DNA of 57,244 bases from Pseudomonas synxantha (GTDB lineage: Bacteria > Actinomycetota > Actinomycetes > Actinomycetales > Microbacteriaceae). Below the pieces are notes generated by a model. That model had not been told where the DNA came from, ran no database searches, and saw only the letters and a program-made list of their open reading frames with translations. The stretch covers positions 1 through 57,244 of the forward strand of contig CALRWH020000001.1 of assembly GCA_943371805.1 (NCBI GenBank), written 5' to 3'. The position numbers and the translations under genes were made by a program. Below, one piece after another: positions 52,435-57,244 of this stretch. Position 1 is the first letter of the stretch. Each line of letters opens with the position of its first letter.

Positions 52435-53139
52435 TCACGCGGCGGCGGGACGCACGACGCCGAGCGGCGTGCTTTGGTGGTTCTGGCCGAGCGGGTTATC
52501 GGCGAGGATACCCACGAGCTGTTTCTCGCCATCCGACGTGAGCGTCGAACCGAGAACGTTGCCCCCGAAGTCGTTGATGTCGACGATCGCCACTTCGATC
52601 TTTCCGCCGAGCGCCGATTGCAACTCGCGAGCTACCTCCCGCGACCGGAGGGGCACGAGCACGACCTGGGTGTTGTACGGCGGGATGGTGTTGTGAGTGG
52701 GGCCGTCGATTCCGCGAGCCTTCGGGCCCGCGATGCGGTAGAAGTCGCCCTTACGACCGAACGCCTTGGTCACCGCGGCCACTGCTGCCGCGAACAAGAT
52801 GCGCGGGGTGCCACACTCGCGCAATGCCATCTCCATTGTTTCGGGCATTCCGAGGCCAATGCCGTGTGACGTCTTGGTCACGTACCGCGAAAGCCGGTGG
52901 GCGAGCGGGCGGGCGTTGATCGACTCAACGGGGTATGAACGCCCTTGCGTGATCGCGACGATCTTCTCCGTCACAAAGAGCGTGTCGCCCGGGCGAACCA
53001 CGTCTGCGGCGTAGCGAACGACAACCTCGATGATGTCTTCTCCGGCCATGACGACGTGCGTCTTGATCGGGATGCGCTCAAACGCCGTGCCGGCAACATC
53101 CCGAACGAGCGGCTTGCCGTCATTGGGCGAGGCAGTCAT
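52435..53139 (-). CDS. Stand-alone CofE-like (F420-0:gamma-glutamyl ligase domain) protein
   Basis: PGDTLFVTEKIVAITQGR resembles the CofE GDxxVxxxKIVS..EGR motif; GIDG and IVDIND motifs. Confidence 0.75.
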   Translation of the reverse strand: MTASPNDGKPLVRDVAGTAFERIPIKTHVVMAGEDIIEVVVRYAADVVRPGDTLFVTEKIVAITQGRSYPVESINARPLAHRLSRYVTKTSHGIGLGMPETMEMALRECGTPRILFAAAVAAVTKAFGRKGDFYRIAGPKARGIDGPTHNTIPPYNTQVVLVPLRSREVARELQSALGGKIEVAIVDINDFGGNVLGSTLTSDGEKQLVGILADNPLGQNHQSTPLGVVRPAAA

Positions 53140-53193
53140 GAGATCTCCCTGGGGTTGGGGCGCCGGGCGCGACGATCGACGAACAGTGTCGGT

Positions 53194-54672
53194 TTACTCG
53201 AGGTAGTCGCGGAGCGCTTGCGACCGTGAAGGGTGGCGCAGCTTGGCCATCGTCTTCGACTCGATCTGACGGATGCGCTCACGCGTCACTCCGAACGTGT
53301 CGCCGATCTGGTCGAGCGTCTTGGGCATGCCGTCGCCGAGGCCAAAGCGCATGCGGATGACTCCCGCCTCACGCTCAGAGAGCGAATCGAGCAAGCTCTC
53401 GAGCTGCTTTTGCAGCATCGTGAAGCCCACGGCGTCAGCCGGCACGACCGCTTCGGTGTCTTCGATAAGGTCACCGAACTCGCTGTCACCGTCTTCACCG
53501 AGCGGGGTGTGCAGCGAGATCGGCTCGCGGCCGTACTTCTGCACCTCGATGACCTTCTCAGGGGTCATGTCGAGTTCGCGGCTGAGCTCTTCTGGCGTGG
53601 GCTCGCGGCCCAGGTCTTGCAGCATCTGCCGCTGCACACGGGCGAGCTTGTTGATGACCTCGACCATGTGCACGGGGATACGGATCGTGCGCGCCTGGTC
53701 GGCCAGCGCGCGCGTGATGGCCTGACGGATCCACCAAGTGGCATAGGTCGAGAACTTGAACCCCTTGGTGTAGTCAAACTTCTCGACGGCACGGATGAGG
53801 CCCAAGTTGCCCTCTTGAATGAGGTCGAGAAACTGCATGCCGCGACCCGTGTACCGCTTGGCGAGCGAAACAACCAGACGCAGGTTGGCGCCGAGAAGGT
53901 GGTTCTTGGCACGCTGGCCGTCACGGGCCACCCACAAGAGATCGCGACCGAGTGCCGAGCGCTTTTCTTTCTCGGTCATCGACGAGAGCTTCTCTTCTGC
54001 GAAGAGGCCCGCTTCAATGCGCATCGCGAGCTCGACCTCTTCGGCAGCGTTGAGCAGAGGAACCTTGCCGATCTGCTTGAGGTAGTCCTTGACCGGGTCA
54101 GCAGTTGCGCCGGTGATCGCCGACGAATAGACGGGCACCTCGTCGTCGTCGGTGTTCGAAATGATGATTGCACCGGTGGGCAGGGGGCCCGCCGAACCGG
54201 TGGTGTCGTCATCGGCGTCTTCGTCGTCGTCGTCATCGCCTGTCTCGTCGACGGCATCGTCATCGACAACAGCGATGGCGACCTCTGCCTCCACGGCCTC
54301 GGGATCAATCGCTTCGGGATCAATACCCTCGGCATCGATCGCTTCGGGGTCGATGACGTCGAGGTCGATGATCTCGTCGTCGCCGTCCGGGGCCCCCGCT
54401 GCCGGAGCCGTGGCTTTCTTCGCCGCGGCACGCTTCGTCGCTGCGGGCGCCTTGGCTGCCGCGGGCGCCTGTGCCGTCGCAGTCTTTGCCGCGGGAACCT
54501 TAGCGGCCGTCGTCTTCGTGGCCGCAGCCTTCACGGCAGGTGCCTTCGTGGCCGCAGCCTTGACTGCTGACGGAGCTGCCGCAGCCTTCGTGGCGGCCGC
54601 CGTCGCCTTGGGCGCGGCCTTCTCGGCAGCAGCGCTCGCGCTGGTCGTCTTCGTGGTCGCTCGGGCAGCCAT
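53194..54672 (-). CDS. sigA: Principal RNA polymerase sigma factor (SigA/HrdB)
   Basis: [48 protein letters not shown]; long Ala/Lys-rich then acidic N-terminus. Confidence 0.97.
   Translation of the reverse strand: MAARATTKTTSASAAAEKAAPKATAAATKAAAAPSAVKAAATKAPAVKAAATKTTAAKVPAAKTATAQAPAAAKAPAATKRAAAKKATAPAAGAPDGDDEIIDLDVIDPEAIDAEGIDPEAIDPEAVEAEVAIAVVDDDAVDETGDDDDDEDADDDTTGSAGPLPTGAIIISNTDDDEVPVYSSAITGATADPVKDYLKQIGKVPLLNAAEEVELAMRIEAGLFAEEKLSSMTEKEKRSALGRDLLWVARDGQRAKNHLLGANLRLVVSLAKRYTGRGMQFLDLIQEGNLGLIRAVEKFDYTKGFKFSTYATWWIRQAITRALADQARTIRIPVHMVEVINKLARVQRQMLQDLGREPTPEELSRELDMTPEKVIEVQKYGREPISLHTPLGEDGDSEFGDLIEDTEAVVPADAVGFTMLQKQLESLLDSLSEREAGVIRMRFGLGDGMPKTLDQIGDTFGVTRERIRQIESKTMAKLRHPSRSQALRDYLE
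54296..54355. repeat. 4 x 15-bp in-frame tandem repeat in sigA ([10 protein letters not shown])
   Basis: Units gcctcgggatcaatc / gcttcgggatcaata / ccctcggcatcgatc / gcttcggggtcgatg. Confidence 0.8.
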
Positions 54673-54705
54673 GGGCCCCTCTTCTCGCGTTCTGCGGGCA
54701 GTACA

Positions 54706-54779
54706 ACGACCCATGTCAAGTCGGTCGCACTCGAGTGCCTGCCGAAGCAGGTGATCAAGCGCCCGTGTGACTGGGTCGT
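54706..54779 (-). promoter_or_regulatory. Long irregular hairpin in the sigA 5' UTR
   Basis: ACGACCCA-GTCA pairs with TGAC-A-TGGGTCGT; GCGCTTGA pairs with TCGAGTGC; apical CCTGC-TTCG-GCAGG; -10-like GATAAT at 54788-54793. Confidence 0.65.
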
Positions 54780-54820
54780 GAAGTTTCATTATCGCACACC
54801 GGCCGTGATTTCAAGACCAA

Positions 54821-56164
54821 TCACCCGTGCGCATCACCCGCCTGGCCCGCGCCGCCCCGGCGCCTCCGCCAGCGCCGAACCATCGCAACCCACAGTGGCC
54901 CCACGGCTATGCCGTCATCGTCGTGAATGCGCCGACGCGTGCGACCCCGAGCGACGAGCATGAGGCCAACGACGAGCCCCACGACAGGAAACTGGGCCGC
55001 GAGTGCCCATCGCCAGTGTTCCCACGCATACAGCTGCGTCGCATTCGCACCCGGACTCTGCGCGTCGAGCAACAGCCCCACGATGAGCATGATGACGACG
55101 GTGACGGTGAACCCGCCGAGGTTCACGAACCCCGATGCCGCACCGTGCCGTTTGGGTGGGTTGTACGTGCGGGCGAAGTCAAAGCCGATGAGCGACCCGG
55201 GCCCGCCCGCGGCCAGCACGACAAACAGCGCAGCAATGGCGGCAAACGGCGGGGTGCCTGGCCACAGCAGCACGACCGCCCACGCCACTCCCATCGCTCC
55301 GACAATGCCGAGCACGAGATTCGACCGCCGAAACGGAAACCGTGCCGACAGCAAGCCGATGATGGGGCCTGCGATCGCGGCGACGACGACCATTCCGCCG
55401 AGCATGGCTGCGGCAAGCGCGGGCCCATAACCGAGCCCGATCGACAGCATGGGAAAACCCCACAGCAGCGCGATCATGGCTCCACTTGATTGCGTTGCCG
55501 CGTGCGCCCAGAACCCCAATCGAGTGCCGGGGTGCCGCACGCTTTCGCGCAGGCTGCCGAGTGCGTCTCGCAGCGAGGTCGAGCGATGCGACGAGACCCC
55601 GGCAGGAGCATCCGTCACCGCCACCATGACCGCGATCGCCGCGAGCACGGAGAGTGAAGCCGCGGAGGCAAAGGCGGTCGTCCAGCCGCTCAACTGCAGC
55701 ACGAGGGCGAACGGGATGGCCGAGAGCAGTTGCCCGGCTTGCCCCAGGGTTCCGACCCACTGCGACAGTTGCGGCAAGCGGCGGGGTGAGAACCACGCGC
55801 CCAACAGCCGCAGCACCGAGATGAACGTCATGGCGTCGCCCGCACCCACGAGAACGCGCCCCACGAGCGCGAGAGGAAGTTCGTCAGCGAGCGCTACGAG
55901 AACTTGGCCAACGGCCATCGTTGCGGCACCCGTGACGATGAGAAGTCTCGGGCCGAACCGGTCGACGAGCACGCCCACGGGAATCTGCAGAATCGCGTAA
56001 ACGAGCAGTTGCACGACACCGAGCGTCGAAAGCGCGGTGGCATCGATTGCGAACCGTTCCGTCGCGTCGACTGTTGCAACGCCCATACTCGACCGTTGCA
56101 GCACGCCGACCACGTAGGCGACGGTGGCGACGATGAGCACCGCCCACGAGCGGCGAGAGTCCAT
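54821..56164 (-). CDS. MFS transporter
   Basis: 12 TM pattern, motif A GVLVDRFGPR, GRVLVGAGDA. Confidence 0.92.
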   Translation of the reverse strand: MDSRRSWAVLIVATVAYVVGVLQRSSMGVATVDATERFAIDATALSTLGVVQLLVYAILQIPVGVLVDRFGPRLLIVTGAATMAVGQVLVALADELPLALVGRVLVGAGDAMTFISVLRLLGAWFSPRRLPQLSQWVGTLGQAGQLLSAIPFALVLQLSGWTTAFASAASLSVLAAIAVMVAVTDAPAGVSSHRSTSLRDALGSLRESVRHPGTRLGFWAHAATQSSGAMIALLWGFPMLSIGLGYGPALAAAMLGGMVVVAAIAGPIIGLLSARFPFRRSNLVLGIVGAMGVAWAVVLLWPGTPPFAAIAALFVVLAAGGPGSLIGFDFARTYNPPKRHGAASGFVNLGGFTVTVVIMLIVGLLLDAQSPGANATQLYAWEHWRWALAAQFPVVGLVVGLMLVARGRTRRRIHDDDGIAVGPLWVAMVRRWRRRRGGAGQAGDAHG

Positions 56165-56193
56165 GGGCTCAGCCCTGGCCGAGCACGACGACC

Positions 56194-57117
56194 CTAGGGG
56201 GTCTCGTCGTCATCGGCCGCCTGCCGGAAGGCCAAGAACTTCTCGAGCTCAGCCGCAATGGAATCGGCACTGGGCAGCTCGCCGTCTTCATCGGTCAGTG
56301 GCGATCGCATCGGGTTGTCTTGCATGTAACTGTCGTGGCGTTCTTCGAGAGAGCCCACGAGTCGCGCAAGCTCGGTGTTGCCCTCGACTTGACTTTCGAT
56401 CTTGGCGAGAAAGTCGCGGCCTTCTGATCGCAAACGATCGGTCGGAAACAACAGGCTGGTCGCCGCCGTAATGCTCTCGAGTGCGGTGACAGCTGCCGAC
56501 GGAAACTCGGTGTCGGCGAGGTAATGGGGCACCAGCAGCACGAAGCCGGCAATAGGGTGACCCGACTCGGTCAGCCGGTATTCGAGCAAGTGCAGCACGT
56601 TGCCGGGCACTTGCGTGCTTGGCCGCCACACCGAGAAGGCCTCGATGAGTTCGTCACGCGTGCCGCTCACGGTGACACCAATCGGGCGCGTGTGCGGCAC
56701 GGGCATCGGAATCGCGTGCACCCACGTCGTCGACGCGATGCCATAGCGCTCGATGATGCCGAGCAGTGCCGCGACGAATCGTTCCCATTGAAAGTCGGGC
56801 TCGTAGCCGGTCAGCAACAAGAAGGGCGTGCCGAGCTCGTCGTGCGCGAGGCGCAAGGCGAGTTCGGGGCGACGGTATTCGGTGATGCGCGTCTCTTCGA
56901 ACACCATGATCGGGCGACGGGCGCGGTAATCGAGCAGCGCATCGTTGTCGAACATCAGCACGTCTCGGTGATCGAGTTCGTCGAGCAAATACTCCGAGAC
57001 CTGCGCAACGGCGCCACCCGAATCGACGAAACCCGTGAGGCCCACAACTAAGGGCAGGTCGCGCGGTACCTCGAACTCCGTCATCGTGACGGTGTAGAGG
57101 TCAGCCGGATTCTGCAT
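56194..57117 (-). CDS. PAC2 family (proteasome assembly chaperone-like) protein
   Basis: GFVDSG, LLDYRARRP, GYEPDFQWERF, VPHTRP, VPHYL, LEERHD. Confidence 0.9.
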   Translation of the reverse strand: MQNPADLYTVTMTEFEVPRDLPLVVGLTGFVDSGGAVAQVSEYLLDELDHRDVLMFDNDALLDYRARRPIMVFEETRITEYRRPELALRLAHDELGTPFLLLTGYEPDFQWERFVAALLGIIERYGIASTTWVHAIPMPVPHTRPIGVTVSGTRDELIEAFSVWRPSTQVPGNVLHLLEYRLTESGHPIAGFVLLVPHYLADTEFPSAAVTALESITAATSLLFPTDRLRSEGRDFLAKIESQVEGNTELARLVGSLEERHDSYMQDNPMRSPLTDEDGELPSADSIAAELEKFLAFRQAADDDETP

Positions 57118-57223
57118 GACTCCATGCTAGGTCGCTGCACCGCGCGCCTTCTGCTCGGTGGCGCGTGCCCAGAGCGAACACCCCGGCGATGAGCCTCAGC
57201 CGAGCGCGGATAACATGACGCGC

Positions 57224-57244
57224 ATGCCTGTGCCCACGCTTAAC
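57224..57244 (+). CDS. 5' start of a gene running off the window (possibly leucyl aminopeptidase, by synteny only)
   Basis: TAACAT + 7 nt + ATG CCT GTG CCC ACG CTT AAC; only 7 codons visible. Confidence 0.3.

Overview
High-GC actinobacterial chromosome segment, most consistent with Microbacteriaceae based on gene content and order. It is almost entirely core genome: alaS (partial), rpsD, rarA, ppiB, DUF349, rel, secFD-yajC, ruvBAC, yebC, pdxTS, HIT, thrS, a 4-tRNA cluster, amt, nhaA, zapE, sufE, rnd, fadAB, dxs, acnA, dut, sepH, parC/parE, sigA, MFS and PAC2. I found no integrase, transposase, prophage or CRISPR array. The most interesting signals are: (1) an ATP-grasp ligase plus a stand-alone CofE-like amide ligase next to sigA, candidates for building the group-B peptidoglycan bridge; (2) an intact but site-degenerate Amt paralogue where glnK usually lies; (3) a 73-nt tRNA-Val-derived hairpin ending in CCA inside the tRNA operon; (4) a MshEN-like/GT2 synthase with a membrane partner; (5) structured leaders upstream of nhaA, sigA and rpsD. 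All family assignments come from motif recognition by eye; no database searches were run.
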